Source: Octopus vulgaris
Lineage: Eukaryota
Assembly: GCA_951406725.2 (NCBI GenBank)
Contig: OX597820.1
Location: 79,050,001 to 79,114,000 of the forward strand
Direction: 5' to 3'
Length of the DNA stretch: 64,000 nt
Under the pieces are notes generated by a model. That model worked only from the letters and a program-made list of their open reading frames with translations, was not told the origin of the DNA and ran no database searches. Below, one piece after another: positions 38,141 through 50,366 of the stretch; within the stretch, counting starts at the first letter, position 1; each line of letters starts with the position of its first letter. Position numbers and translations under genes: made by a program.

Positions 38141-39858
38141 TATCTCCTACTATAACAAAAGGTGTGTAAATAGTTGTGGGAAGAGCAGGACACGAAATTT
38201 GAGATTTATACTGAGATTATGTGACGTTCATGTCCTTCTCAAATACATAAAATATAAACAAATAAAATGACTACAACGACCGGAAATCGAAACCAGAAAG
38301 CATGTCCCAGGTACCATGATATAACGTTTAACTCAACTAAGCTCCACATACCAGCTATTATTAACAAGCATACAAATAAAGGATACTCCAGCTGTGACCA
38401 TCAGGTCTAACTTTTTTTTTTGTCTCGGACATTATGTAGGATCAAATTGTCCGATATGTCCCTTTAAAAGGAAAAGAAAGGATAGTAAGGCGTTATATAT
38501 TTTCATATATCAGGTTTTATGTTTTGCGAAACACCCCCCTTAACTGAGACAACAGACTTGCAACAGCCATAAAGATGTATTGCTTGTTGTTTCGACCCAG
38601 AACAACCCTGAAACGGCAAAACTATAACCAAAAGCGATCCAACTATAACCATTTAATTTTTTGGCATCTTTCATTTATTTATTACCGCCTTAAAAGAAAT
38701 AAACAGCTTGTTGGCACGGCTGCAATTTCTAGGTGTTGCGACCATATAGTCTTTGTTATCCCGTGTACGCCGTTGTACAATACATAGGGCAGGCTTGAAG
38801 AATAGCTATTGCTATATCACAGAGAAGGAAATGGTTAAGTTTTTTTATATATTTTCATTCATACAGCGGAAATGACTATTCTGAAATAAAGAGGTGGGGT
38901 CCGAAATTTTTATTTTTTAAAAATTATTTTTGCCCCTCAGTTCTTTGGCCTTTTCCTTCCCAAAGAGATATTAATAGCTATTCCAAAAGTCCATTATAGA
39001 TAGGTTTGGATATTGTGAACACAAATCATTTGGATAAGAAGAACTAAAGCCAGAATTTTATTTCCTTTCCTTTTGAAACAGTTAAAAACACTCCAAGTTG
39101 TGCCACTAGGGAATGGAATGAATGTCAAAACATCCGATTTCTTTCTTTACATAGATAGAACACTTCAATGTTTATACAAGAAAGGTTTTACACACCTCGA
39201 TTATATGTGTATGTGTGGAATGTGTGAAAGTGTTATTGAATGTATAAGCTTACAATACACGGGAGCTATCAAGTGGAAGCATTTAAGGTTATGTCCGATT
39301 ATTTAAGTAAATGTACTCATATTCAGTGCATGTAGGTGAATGAACCGACATACACCCATAAACAAAAACAGGTGAGAGACGATCCGGAAGAGGTAGAGAG
39401 AAAGAGGCGTAAATAGAGGAAAACCATTGTTAGTATCCCTTCAGGTTAACAGCTGACCTCAGAAAGACAAAACGTAGGTGTTTTAAGGAAGAAGAGGTGG
39501 GGAGCAGAGTGACAGCAGCGCATGGCGATTGCAGAAGAGGCATTCCACTGGGAGATCACCCTTTCCAACTTCCAACGCTCAAGTTAGACACACACTCTTT
39601 ACGAATTTCACTTTCAAACGAAGGACGAAAACTCGAACAGAATCTACCCAGATTATTTGACACTACTTACAACATCTACATCTACCCACTGCTACAGAAT
39701 GGTCTAGTGAAACTTTACAGACATTCTGAAAGAAACGGGAACCCTGGCTCTGGACACTTGCTGAGGAAGGATTTGTTCCAAAAGAACAGACCCCCACCAG
39801 AAGAGTAACACTGTCATTGCATGATTAAATCTTGCTTGCCAAGACCTTACCTAAGTAT

Positions 39859-40411
39859 GCTCTGATCTAATATGCATTACAGTACTATAAAATAAACCAG
39901 GAGCGGTAGTCATGTTTCTGATGTCCATACACGGTTTCGCTAAAATTTTCTTCACTAAATGGCAGAGTCGATAAGGGTGTCATTGGCAGGATACACAATA
40001 TATGTTCATATTCGTGGCTACCGTCAACCAACACTAAAGATAGGGGAATGGAGTGAGAAGACCACGATGACAATACAAGACGTCTAGCCTGCAGGGCCTC
40101 CATGAACGAGATGACAGTATTGACAAGAAGGTGGTTGCGTGGTCATGTATGAAAGTCAAACCCAGAGAACTGTCGGAACCTGAGCATCCTAAAACGAGAA
40201 CTGGGAAACAGCATTTTCACCATTCAGAGGTTCAAAATTTCAATGATACAGGAAAGAATCCAGTGGCTTCAGGAAAATGGTAACACCACTCATAAGGACT
40301 GGGGTATTGTTGAAGACATCATGACCCAACAAAACCTCTGTAAGATTTAAGATAACATGACTACCGCTCCTGATTTTTTTTATAGTACTGTAATGCATAT
40401 TAGATCAGAGC
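39859..40411. mobile_element. Unclassified non-autonomous DNA element with about 58-bp inverted repeats
   Basis: 39859-39916 (GCTCTGATCTAATATGCATTACAGTACTATAAAA..CAGGAGCGGTAGTCATGTT) is a near-perfect reverse complement of 40354-40411. Confidence 0.7.
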
Positions 40412-40491
40412 GTCGTACCCAAACTGTAATGGCCATTCAGGTCTGATAACTTCCCCCATGACTCACGCAGAAGCAATGGAGAAATTGCACA

Positions 40492-40675
40492 TACTGTGTT
40501 TGATGGCATATTAGACGAATCCCAATTTCAGCAGTGTGTATTCAGGAAAAAGTGAACATCACGGACAAAATTAGATGATGCGGGTAGGCAACTTCGCATA
40601 CTAAGATAGGAGGTGATTTCTTTGAGACCTCTTTTGATGAGGTGGGGTGCGTCTTATATACCATCAAATACTGTA
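40492..40675. mobile_element. pogo/Tigger-like MITE
   Basis: TA-CTGTGTTTGATGGCATATTAGACG versus CGTCTTATATACCATCAAATACTG-TA. Confidence 0.5.
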
Positions 40676-40739
40676 AATTCGTGAGAACTGGTTTGGTGCT
40701 CCTCCAACTTTAGCTCAGTTAACCTGCACAACAGGTTCC

Positions 40740-41060
40740 ATAAGCGCCACTTCACAAATCCATAGGTGGTGCAGGAATTCAAGGTCACTAAGGCAAGTTA
40801 GTACACTGTTATCTGAGAATGAACAAGACATGCCGACAAGGCCATTATGCTGGGAGGAAATGGAAACCAAAGAAAACTGAACCGTGCTGGAAACACCAGA
40901 ATATCGACGTGTTGGTCTGCCAACGAGATCCAGAACCTTGCAACCATAGTACCAAGAAATGGAACATGCCAATGCAATGAAGAAAAAAAAAGGACTAGTA
41001 ATGCAGAAGGTCAGAGATACATAAGAAGAATATCGCTGTGCACTGCTTGCCGGCGAAGGT
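40740..41060 (+). pseudogene. Degenerate non-LTR retroelement fragment (Hero/NeSL-like, post-RT region)
   Basis: Frameshifted motifs in the expected order: VVQEFKVTKA, RKWK, HQNIDVLVCQ, LVMQKVRDT*EEYRC. Confidence 0.4.
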
Positions 41061-41384
41061 AAAGAATACGTACACCACCCGTTTTCGGCGTAACAAAAAC
41101 CCTAACCCTAAACACCGGGTGTACGTATTCTTTACTTTCGCCCTGCTTGCCTACCAGAAAGAACAGATAGTGAGACCGGTACTTCAAAGACGTCCTTCGA
41201 GGGACATTGTAGTACCAACCAGGGCAAGTTGTCCGTCCTCCTGTGTCTTGAGTTGACCTTTTTCTCAAGCGAAAACAACCTTACATCCTTAGACAAAGAA
41301 GAGGACTTATTTTGCAACTGTATAAAACTCAACAAATAGATGTCTATAGACATAAGTACAGGCACACAAATTCACACATATTTT

Positions 41385-41540
41385 CTCTCGTTCTCCATTT
41401 TTTTCTCTCTTCATTCCTTTCTGTAGAAGAGCGTAGGCTCAAAATGTCAAGGATTTTTTCTGTTATTTTCTGAGCGTCAAACTAATACATTTTGTTTGTT
41501 ACCTAACTTGTCTGTCTTATTTTCAATTTTGAACTATATA
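41385..41540 (+). mobile_element. Penelope-like repeat fragment with degenerate hammerhead-like motif (41415-41453)
   Basis: TCCTTT-CTGTAGAA-GAGC gtag GCTC-AAAATGTC-AAGGA. An opposite-strand copy lies at about 42490-42620. Confidence 0.4.
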
Positions 41541-41969
41541 TATAAGAAATATTTTCTTAAACTAAAAATTATATGAAGAAATTTGAAAAAAAAGAATGAT
41601 ACTAACCGTTTGGAAAAAAGTTTTCTTAATGGGTTAAGTGCTTTCGCTTTACAGCTTTTCAGAAATGCGTGTTATGGGGTAATAACAAACAAAAGTTCTC
41701 AGCAAAGAACACTTCATATGGATTATATGGATAAACCGGACACAGTCAACAGCACTACTATAAACAACTTCCGTTATGCGAATTACCTCATAGTACGTGT
41801 GTTTGAAAAACTGTTAACAGTGGAAATGCTTAATACCATTACGAAAACATCTCTCCGAAAGATTCATGTTGTACTGTATTTTTTAGGATTATTCATATAA
41901 ATGTATTAGTTTGACGCTCAAAAAATCCTTTCTTCAAACACGGAGAGTGTATAAAGAATTTGCAAAGTC

Positions 41970-42470
41970 TTATATATATGCATATATACGTGTGCACCAT
42001 GTATATGTATATACAATACATACGTGTGTGCATGTGTAAATATGCATGTACATGTGTGCATGTATATATATGTGTGTGTGCATGTGTATATACATGTGTG
42101 TATATATATATACATGAGTGCATGTATATATATATATACATGTCTGCATGTATATATATATACATGTGTACATTATATATATATATATATATATGCATGT
42201 ATATATATACATACATGTGTGCATGTATGTATGTACATGTGTGCATGCATGTATGTGCATGTATATCTGTACATGTGTGCATGTATTTACATGTGTGCCT
42301 GAATATATATGCATGTGTATATATATGTGTGTGTGTGGCCACAGTCAAATGAACGAAACAAGTAAAAGGGTAATATATATGTGTGCATGTGTATATACAA
42401 GTGTGTATGTTTATTTATATATATATATATATATATGTATGTATACAAGTGTGCTTGTGTGTATGTATGA
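41970..42470. repeat. Compound (TA)/(TG)/(CA) low-complexity tract
   Basis: Alternating purine-pyrimidine sequence; explains the many spurious ORFs here. Confidence 0.9.
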
Positions 42471-42489
42471 AAATTACACCAAGATTTAA

Positions 42490-42620
42490 AAAAAAAAACA
42501 AGACAGAGACAGGTGAGTAACAACACACAAGGTACTTTGACACTCAGGAAAAATGGGAGCGGTTTTGGCATTTTGTGCCTACGCTCTTCTACAGAAAGGA
42601 ATGAAGAAAGAAAACAATGG
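42490..42620 (-). mobile_element. Second, inverted copy of the 41.4-kb repeat
   Basis: Minus strand cttcattcctttctgtagaagagcgtaggcacaaaatg is nearly identical to 41409-41447. Confidence 0.45.
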
Positions 42621-43152
42621 AGAGGTGGGATCAGAATGGAGAAAGTAAAAAAAATGTTTGGTTTAGCGTTTTCACATGTGTATACATAATATCCATACGA
42701 TGATGGCAAGGCCGAAACTTTTAAACCATTATCATCACTCTTCTTGTAAAAGTATTATAAACACGTATGTATATATATACACACATCTATATATAAACAC
42801 ACGCATATAGAGAGATATAATGATGCAAATAAACAAATAAAATCGCGTGGTCTAGATATATAAAATATATATACATATATACATGTAAACAAAGACTAAA
42901 AATATTCATACGATGAATGTTCGGGCATAAATATTTATATATTAACAGAGCAGACCTGTACAAAGTCACAGAAAACAAAGGGGAAGTCCGACAGCTGTTT
43001 CTGGGGGCTCAGAATCACTTCATAATGTTGGCAGATTATTTCGCAAAAGTCAAGAATATGACGCCAGCGATGGAAGCATATAAACATTAGGTAGATCCAG
43101 TTTTCACTTTTAAGTGATTTTATGTGTGTGTGTGTTTGTGTGTTTATACACA

Positions 43153-43155
<3 letters not shown>

Positions 43156-43232
<77 letters not shown>
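43156..43232. repeat. (CT)n(AT)n microsatellite
   Basis: Directly visible. Confidence 0.95.
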
Positions 43233-43234
<2 letters not shown>

Positions 43235-43962
43235 AACACACATATTCAAGTATATACATAATTATACGTGTGCGTGCGTGTAAATATATATATATAGACA
43301 TACAAACAATCAATAAAACACTTGATAGATAGCTACTAACACTAAGTTATTTAATTTTTGTTGACTATTTTTGTTGACACACATACATACAGGGAATATA
43401 GGTGTGTGTATGTGTTCACACATGTACGTAAAAGTTGATTGTAGTTACGAACATTGGTATGCAAAAAAAACCTATCAGCTTTTTTTGTAGCTTTTCTGTT
43501 TTGCCCCAGGTTAAGCGTGACTCGACAGTCTTGAAGTAAGTTCAAAATATGACAAATCTCAACATTTGCTACATTTTCTATATCTGACTGTTTCCTTCGG
43601 CTTTGTGTGTGGGTTGAGTCAATTTGGCTGCTGTTTCTAGCAGGTCAACCTCTGGTAGTTAGTGTTTAACCAAAGGTCAGCCATGATCCTCCTTTTTTCC
43701 TATTAGTAGAGAAAGCAGGACCATGTTTAAGCAGTGTGTGATTTATCTTCTACTTCTAACAAGTGAAACGAACACGTAGACGCTCCCACACTGGCTCCGA
43801 CATACGTTAGTTGGGACAAGAGTTGGAAAGAGAGAGAGAGAGAAACACGAGAAAAACTACAAAAAAACTATCAAATGGCGTAACATGTCGAGGGAAGAAA
43901 GTGCATTGAGTTGAAGTATTTGAATGAAAAAGTTGTCTGAAAGAGAAAGCTAAAAGACTCAC

Positions 43963-44048
43963 TCAATATAAAATATTCGTCCGTCGGCGGTCACTCCGTA
44001 AGTCCAGTTCTGTGGTAAAGGTTCTATTAATTCAGAAACAGTAGCCAT
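43963..44048 (-). CDS. PLEKHA7: PLEKHA5/6/7-family gene, coding exon 1 (start codon and first half of WW1)
   Basis: Minus strand ATG at 44048 gives MATVSELIEPLPQNWTYGVTADGRIFYI+GA, then donor GTGAGT. It resembles the PLEKHA7 N-terminus (LPEHWSYGVCRDGRVFFI). 86 nt, phase 2. The symbol names the family; co-orthology with PLEKHA5/6/7 cannot be resolved here. Confidence 0.92.
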
Positions 44049-44440
44049 GATCGGATTTGTTTTTAAGTTACTGAAAGAGTGAACGAGGGAGGGAGGAAGT
44101 AAAAGAGAAGGGATTGATTAGAGAGTGAGTACAAGAGAGGGATTAGAGAGGAAGCGGGTAAGTGAGTGAGTGAAAGAAGGATTAGATAGAGATTGATTGA
44201 CTGAGAGAGTGTTAGTGACAGATATGTCACTTAGAGGGAGATGTAGGAGTGAGACGGTGAGTGACAGACTGATAGTAAGAAATAGATAGTAACATAGATA
44301 TAGGACAAGTGAGTGAGGGAGGGAGAAAGAAGGAAGGTAGTAAAGTTGGAGCGGTCACTTGATCACCCTCCCTACGACACGACTTGTCAGTAACGGCTGT
44401 TACTTACACCTCCCACTGCTATGAGGTAGAATGTTTTTTA
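44049..44440 (-). promoter_or_regulatory. 5' leader / promoter region of the PLEKHA-like gene, possibly containing a 5'UTR intron (44407-44071)
   Basis: Long pyrimidine tract on the minus strand ends ctctttcAG at 44071, 22 nt before the ATG. A GTAAGTA donor-like site lies at 44407. The same TCAGT could alternatively be an Inr. Confidence 0.4.
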
Positions 44441-44658
44441 AAAATACTTGTTGAAGAAAACTGGGATCTACATTTATGAACAAGAGGTGAAAGAAAGTGT
44501 AGCTTTTGGTGGGGGAAATGACAAGTGGGAACATAATTTAGATGGGGGTAGTATAGGGAAATGAAAATGAAAGGGTTAAAGTCGAAAACATTCAGGAGAC
44601 AGGAAACAGAATAATATTTTTAAGTGGTGGGAGGGACATGTATATGTGCATGTGTGTG

Positions 44659-44693
<35 letters not shown>

Positions 44694-46009
44694 CAGTTTA
44701 TGTATGTGTATGAGGTTGTGTATATGTGTGGAGGGGAGTCTACGTATGTGAAATTTTAAAGAAACAGAGCAAAACAAAAAAATCTATAGAAGTGTCAATA
44801 TTAATACAAAAAAGTATAGATACAAAGAAAAATTTAATGTCAAGAGAAAGAGGGTGAGGTTAAACGAAAGCATGTTACTAAATAGTGACTGATAGGGAGT
44901 TTGATACAAAGGAATGGAAATCAAGACTATATTTTGATAAACACTGTGTGTGAACTTCAAACCCTTCGGGCCGTTCGATCTCTACGCGAAGACCTTGTCT
45001 TCTGAGAGCGATTCTTGGGGAAAGATCCGAATGGTGGATCCCAACCCGCTTCAAACCAAATTTTCGAAAACGGTTGAGCCGAATGAGACAAGCTAATTAA
45101 CAAAAGGTGTTTAGTTCTGTGATGACTGCTACTTTTTTTACTGCTGTGAGCTGTACTTTCTCGTAAGACCTATTTGCAGTCAGGTGAACAGCATTAGAGC
45201 ATGTTAGCTCGGAGTTTCTCAAGATAGGGCGTGGCAATATTTTGGTAACATGTAGGTTACTTTTGAATTGAAACTAAGTCTATAACCAGTGTGTAAAAGT
45301 TTCAATAAGATTTTAATTAAAACTGCTTGTGTAGGATATACAGTAACTGGTCCGTTCACGGTGGGGGTGCACATTTAAAATATATATTTGTAGGACGTGT
45401 GGTTTAATAAGGTTAAGTAACACCATTAGATATTTATTCACATAGTGCAGCGTCAGTAACTTACATAATGTTCCATGTCGACAAGTAGAAACTTGCTATG
45501 GAGCGAGCAGATAGCAGGAGAAATCTTCAAAGGAAGAACTACCGTCAAGTAAGTTTTTCGGGCTGTTCCTGAGATTCTAAGAGAACTGGACTTACCTAAG
45601 TATGACGCTTGTTTTTGACGGCAGAAAGTAATACAAGGAAATAAACTTTATGCCACAAAGAACAAGATTAGTCAAACATTCCAAGAAAAAACCCTTTTCT
45701 GTGAAAAAGGAAAAGCTAACATAACGTTGCGTGCAGGGCCTTTCGCCGAACTATCCTGTAACGTTAGAATTATCTCCTTCACAGCAAAGTATTTATTCCA
45801 CTTTTGTATGTATATTTGCTTACACAATCCGTCATTAGTTTATCTGGATTCAAACTATTTCACAAAAGAAATACAAGAAGTTTACAAATTGAAATAAATA
45901 AGGAAACCATGGAATCTAATCAAATTAATCGTGTTCTCCAACAGCAAAAGCTAATTAAGAGTTCAAATAGTGGAATAAGTTTGATGCCTTGTATCGGAAA
46001 TTCTTACGT

Positions 46010-46372
46010 TCAGTCAAGAGCCTTGCTCACTCTTAGGAGAGTCGACCAGATGAGATTTGCTTGCCTGCGTTGGCTGGCTTATGCCCTCCGTCATCAACCA
46101 GGAGAATTCATCTACGAAGCATTTGCCCCAGCTCCCCTTGAGGGTTGGTGAAAGCGATGTGGTGGACAACGAAAAACCTGGCTGATGACGGTCAAGGCTG
46201 ATCTGGAACCCAACCTAGGCCCCATGTCTACGGCGTTCGCTGCTGGAGATCACGCGGTCGTTAGCCTCAAATCGCCAGGCCTGGTCGGTGTTCGTGAGAG
46301 ATGCAGTATTGAGAATGAACGAAGCCAGCTCAACCCACCCCAGGTGAATGCTGTCACAAGTCAAGAAGACCA
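46010..46372 (+). pseudogene. RTE-clade LINE 3' fragment
   Basis: LRWLAYALRHQPGEFIYEAFAPAPLEGW*KRCGGQRKTWLMTVKADLEP...RDAVLRMNEASSTHPR*, typical of an RTE C-terminus. Confidence 0.7.
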
Positions 46373-47183
46373 GATGAGATTGACGTTCCAATATGTGTTG
46401 TAGTTATAAAGTAATGTTAACGACACGTTAATTGTTGTTTAATCCTGTGGCTGTCTTAATCGAGAAAACTTATAAAAGACGTTCCAACAATGACCATCTT
46501 GTCTTCTCCATCGACACAAAGCTGGATTGACCATGAGTTAAAATAAACTACAGCTCATAGTTTCACAATTAGCAGGGAATTCAAATGAATAAAAAGGCAA
46601 ATATTTGATTTTTGTGAAGCCTACTGTCTCTTAATTGCTTGGGACTTTCCCAATTTAAAGCTGACATTGCCCTGCAGCGAAGCCCAGAATCGAAATCTTA
46701 CAGCTTTAGAAACTATTATCAGACCACACTTGGATTAAACGACATACCTTGAATATCAAGCAGTCGGCTTGTAGTAATATCGCCCCATATTATATAGAGT
46801 GTTCTATCATGTTCCAGAGGCTCCTGCGTAAAAAGAGAATGTATAAGTAAAACGCGGGAGGCACAGCCAGACATGTGGATGAGGTCACTATGCAAGTGGA
46901 CCCAGACAACAAGCCCTTAAGAGGACAAAGTTCCTAGGTTGCAGCTCAACCCTGCGGTAAAGGAATCGCCAGCTACGAAGAACAGTGTATTTTTCCCTCC
47001 TTTCAAACGAAACTTTTCATTTCTGTTATTAATGTAACTGCGAACTATTCTCTACTTCTGCCACAATACACTACTAGCAAGCATCTGTATAATTTCGTGA
47101 ATATTTTCATATATATTATGTAAAAATAAATGTATTTAAACAATATTGGATCAGGTTTTATTATGGCACAGCACACACAGCCT

Positions 47184-47638
47184 GGATCTTTTCCTTTTGA
47201 ACGGCACATGTGAACACAATTTCTAGTTAACTAAACACTTTAAAACTTCGTATACTGGTAGAATGTGTCAAAATAAAACATTTTTTCTCTTGGCTTTCTT
47301 GATAAAATTGTAATTCGTTTGTTTAACGTAGTTTAATTTTTCGAATTTTAACCAATCAATTGCCTCTAATTGAGCTAAAATCATTTGCTGCGTCTAAGGT
47401 TAGTGACAGGATGTTGTTTCAGTTTTAGACGCAGCAAATGATTTTAGCTCACTAGAGCCAATTCATTGGTTAAAATTTAAAAAATTAAACAACGTTAAAC
47501 AAACAAATTACAATTTTCTCAAGAAAACCAAGAGAAAAAGATGTTTTATTTTGACACATTCTACCAGTATACGAAGTTTTAAAGTGTTTAGTTAACTAGA
47601 AATTGTGTTGACATGTGCCGTTCAAAAGGAAAAGACCC
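47184..47638. mobile_element. Merlin-like MITE, almost fully palindromic (fold-back)
   Basis: TIR starts GGATCTTTTC. Perfect 8-bp TSD CACAGCCT at 47176-83 and 47639-46. About 215-bp arms surround a short spacer near 47400-47420. Confidence 0.85.
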
Positions 47639-49763
47639 CACAGCCTAAATTTCATACCAACATATCAAGACCCATTTAAACCTTTCTCCACAAAATTTAC
47701 TGTATCTCATTGAGGACTCTAACATGCAGCGACTTTTATCGTTGTTATTGTTTAGCCCTAAATCAAGGTTGATCGACCAGATTTGTTATCAAAGACGTAC
47801 CTGGCGTCACCATCGTATCTATATATTATTTATTTATAACATCCGTGTCATTTCAATTTTTTAATATATGAGATATTTGCGGCTAAGTCGATCGAGAGCT
47901 TGAGGACAGTGTCACAGTCTAGAACAATTAGCGTAAATGATACGGGATATGTGGATTGCACAAGCAGCGTCCGGGTAAAAAAAAAAAGTCACAAGGGAAA
48001 AAGTCGAAAATTCAGCTAGGAAAATAGTCAATTTCTTTCAATAACGTGAACAATTAAATACAACAAAAGATATTTTAACTCACTTATTAACTGACAGCGC
48101 ATGACTTTGTTGCAATGGGAGTTATTGATCACCATTTCCGCTAAGTAAGATTACTATGGATCAAGCTGGGTTGCGTGTGTTGCAAACACGAACGAAACTC
48201 GCAAACATTTTGTAATATATTCATTTAGTGGAAGGTTGTCTACACACGCGCTGAATCAAACTGTTTTAAATATGTACTATTTAAATGTGTGCTTGCATGT
48301 CATTGTTCAGTTTTATTTCCTGATTTCTTGCCAATAGAGTAAGAGCTGGTTTCTAACCTAGATCCAAGGCTCCTTCATTGGAATTTCAACATCAACAACA
48401 GTGCATTTTTGTTCGTATGTATGCCACTGAAACGGTGCATCCAGGAGAAAACGGATTAGATTTTCGAAATCTGCATCCCAAAGACAAGGTTTTCAGTAAA
48501 TAGTAATAAAATATAATACGAGAAATGATTCGACTTTCAGATCGCCATATCTACCTCTCTGTCTCTTTATCTTTTACGTTTTCCCCCTTTTATGTATATA
48601 TTTGCCACACTCTCTCTTACTCTGCTCATTTATATCTCTTACACGTGCTTTTCTATCTCGATTGATTGATATTATGACATGTAATTTCATTCATTTTGTT
48701 TAAAACTTCGTCGTCGTAATGTGTTTGCTTTCGTTTTGTGATAGACAATGGCATTATATTTATATTCACTATTTTTTTCTTTTATATTGATAACTAAGAC
48801 ATTAAATATTATAGCTAGCACTACCAAGAAACTCTGCCACAGTTATGTGTGTAGATGTTTGTCTACTAACGACTACCGGGCTGTGGTAAGTTGCCTGAGG
48901 GCGAAATCAGTAATCCAGTTTCGATTCCTAATCAATTATTTCACAGTTGCTATTCACACACCTCTTTAAGTGAAATGCACAACTTCAAAATAACTTTCCG
49001 TTTAAATGTATTTCAGTAAAAAAAAAAAAAAATCAATTTTATTATTTTGTTTCCAGTTGTTCATGCTTCCTAGAAAAATGAAATATTAATATTGGAATGT
49101 GTATTTAATATCTTGTTCAACCAGTGCAGATTTTTAAGCAAAGGTGAAACTTTGTCCTAGTCAATCCAATATTATCAACAAATCCTTCTAGATGTATTGC
49201 GTTCAACCATAAGTAAAATATTTTGGAGATGTACTTGTTAGACAAGTGACTTGAGACCGCGTGTGGAAGCTGAAGCAATTACAGCGTGGAGAAATACTAG
49301 CCATTGGAAAACACAAAAATTGCCAACTTTATTTCATCATTTAATTGGTTGACGAAAATTTTGTCATCAGATAATAAATGTGGGAGGCTAATTAGGCTTG
49401 TAGCCCAAAACTAAAGAGAGCTAAATATCATGACCATAATACGTCTATATACCCCGATGGTGTTTGGTGAGAGGTTAAGGACGGACGAAAATTAATTCTA
49501 TAAGGCAATCATTCTATTGTTCCAGTCCCAAGTTGAATTCCAACTGTTGACCAATGTAGAGATGAGAGAATAGCTTAAATTTTCTATATTATATACAAGT
49601 GAGTGTGAAAAATTAGTGCCTGTTTTCTTTTGAAGACTTTTGCTGACGAGGTCACATAAAGCAGGAACATGCGGAGTTATCTCCCGTTTTTTGCTAAAAA
49701 AAGATTAAATATTGAGCTAGTGTTGTTTTCTTTTCTTTCGTTATCGCATAAGTATTACTAATT

Positions 49764-50366
49764 CTATATTTAAGAGACGGGGAATTATGTACATTAGTTA
49801 CATTTGACGGATATTTGTTCTCATTTTGTTTGTTAACGTTTCGCTGATATACCTATTTCTTTATTACCCACAAGGGGCTAAACACAGAGGGGACAAACAA
49901 GGACAGACATAGGTATTAAGTCAATTACATCGACCCCAGTGCGTAACTGGTACTTAATTTATCGACCCCGAAAGGATGAAAGGCAAAGTCGACCTCGGCG
50001 GAATTTGAACTCACAACGTAACGCAGACGAAATACCGCTAAGCATTTCGCCCGGCGTGCTAACGTCAGCCTTCAACAGGTGTCTTGGGGGAAATTTCGAA
50101 CCGGGATTCTACTTTCTTAAGGTTGGAATCGAACTCGGAATCTTGGGGTTAGCACGCGCTCTTAACCACTAGTAACCCCAAGATTCCGAGTTTGATTCCA
50201 GGCAGTGACCTGAATAATAATAATAACATCGAAAACTACATTAAGAGTGAGAACCCGGGTTCGAAATTTCCCCAAGACACTTGATGAAGCCTGGAGGGTA
50301 TATCAGCCGAAACGTGTTAACAACAAACATGATGAGGACAAATATCCGTCAAATGTAAATGATATA
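49764..50366. mobile_element. Head-to-head inverted pair of tRNA-headed, hammerhead-like elements; the left arm is interrupted by a SINE
   Basis: TATTACTAATT direct repeat at 49753-63 and 50367-77. The arms diverge from ACTAGT near 50170. B-box-like GAGTTCGATTCC is present. The right arm reads GACAC-TTGATGAA-GCCTG..CAGCC-GAAACGTGTT at 50276-50318. Confidence 0.6.
49854..50064 (-). mobile_element. Family B SINE, CpG-rich copy nested in the hammerhead-like element
   Basis: Plus strand ATCGACCCCGAAAGGATGAAAGGCAAAGTCGACCTCGGCGGAATTTGAACTC. Confidence 0.85.

Noticed and set aside
39497-39808. 103-aa ORF in a GC-richer patch
   Set aside because: No recognisable domain or splice support; probably a decayed mobile-element fragment.
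41893-42709. Many overlapping His/Tyr/Cys-rich ORFs
   Set aside because: Translation of TA/TG microsatellite sequence.
42695-42725. CGATGATGGCAAGGCCGAAAC hammerhead-like string
   Set aside because: The core lacks U4 and there is no convincing stem I or III; it could be chance.
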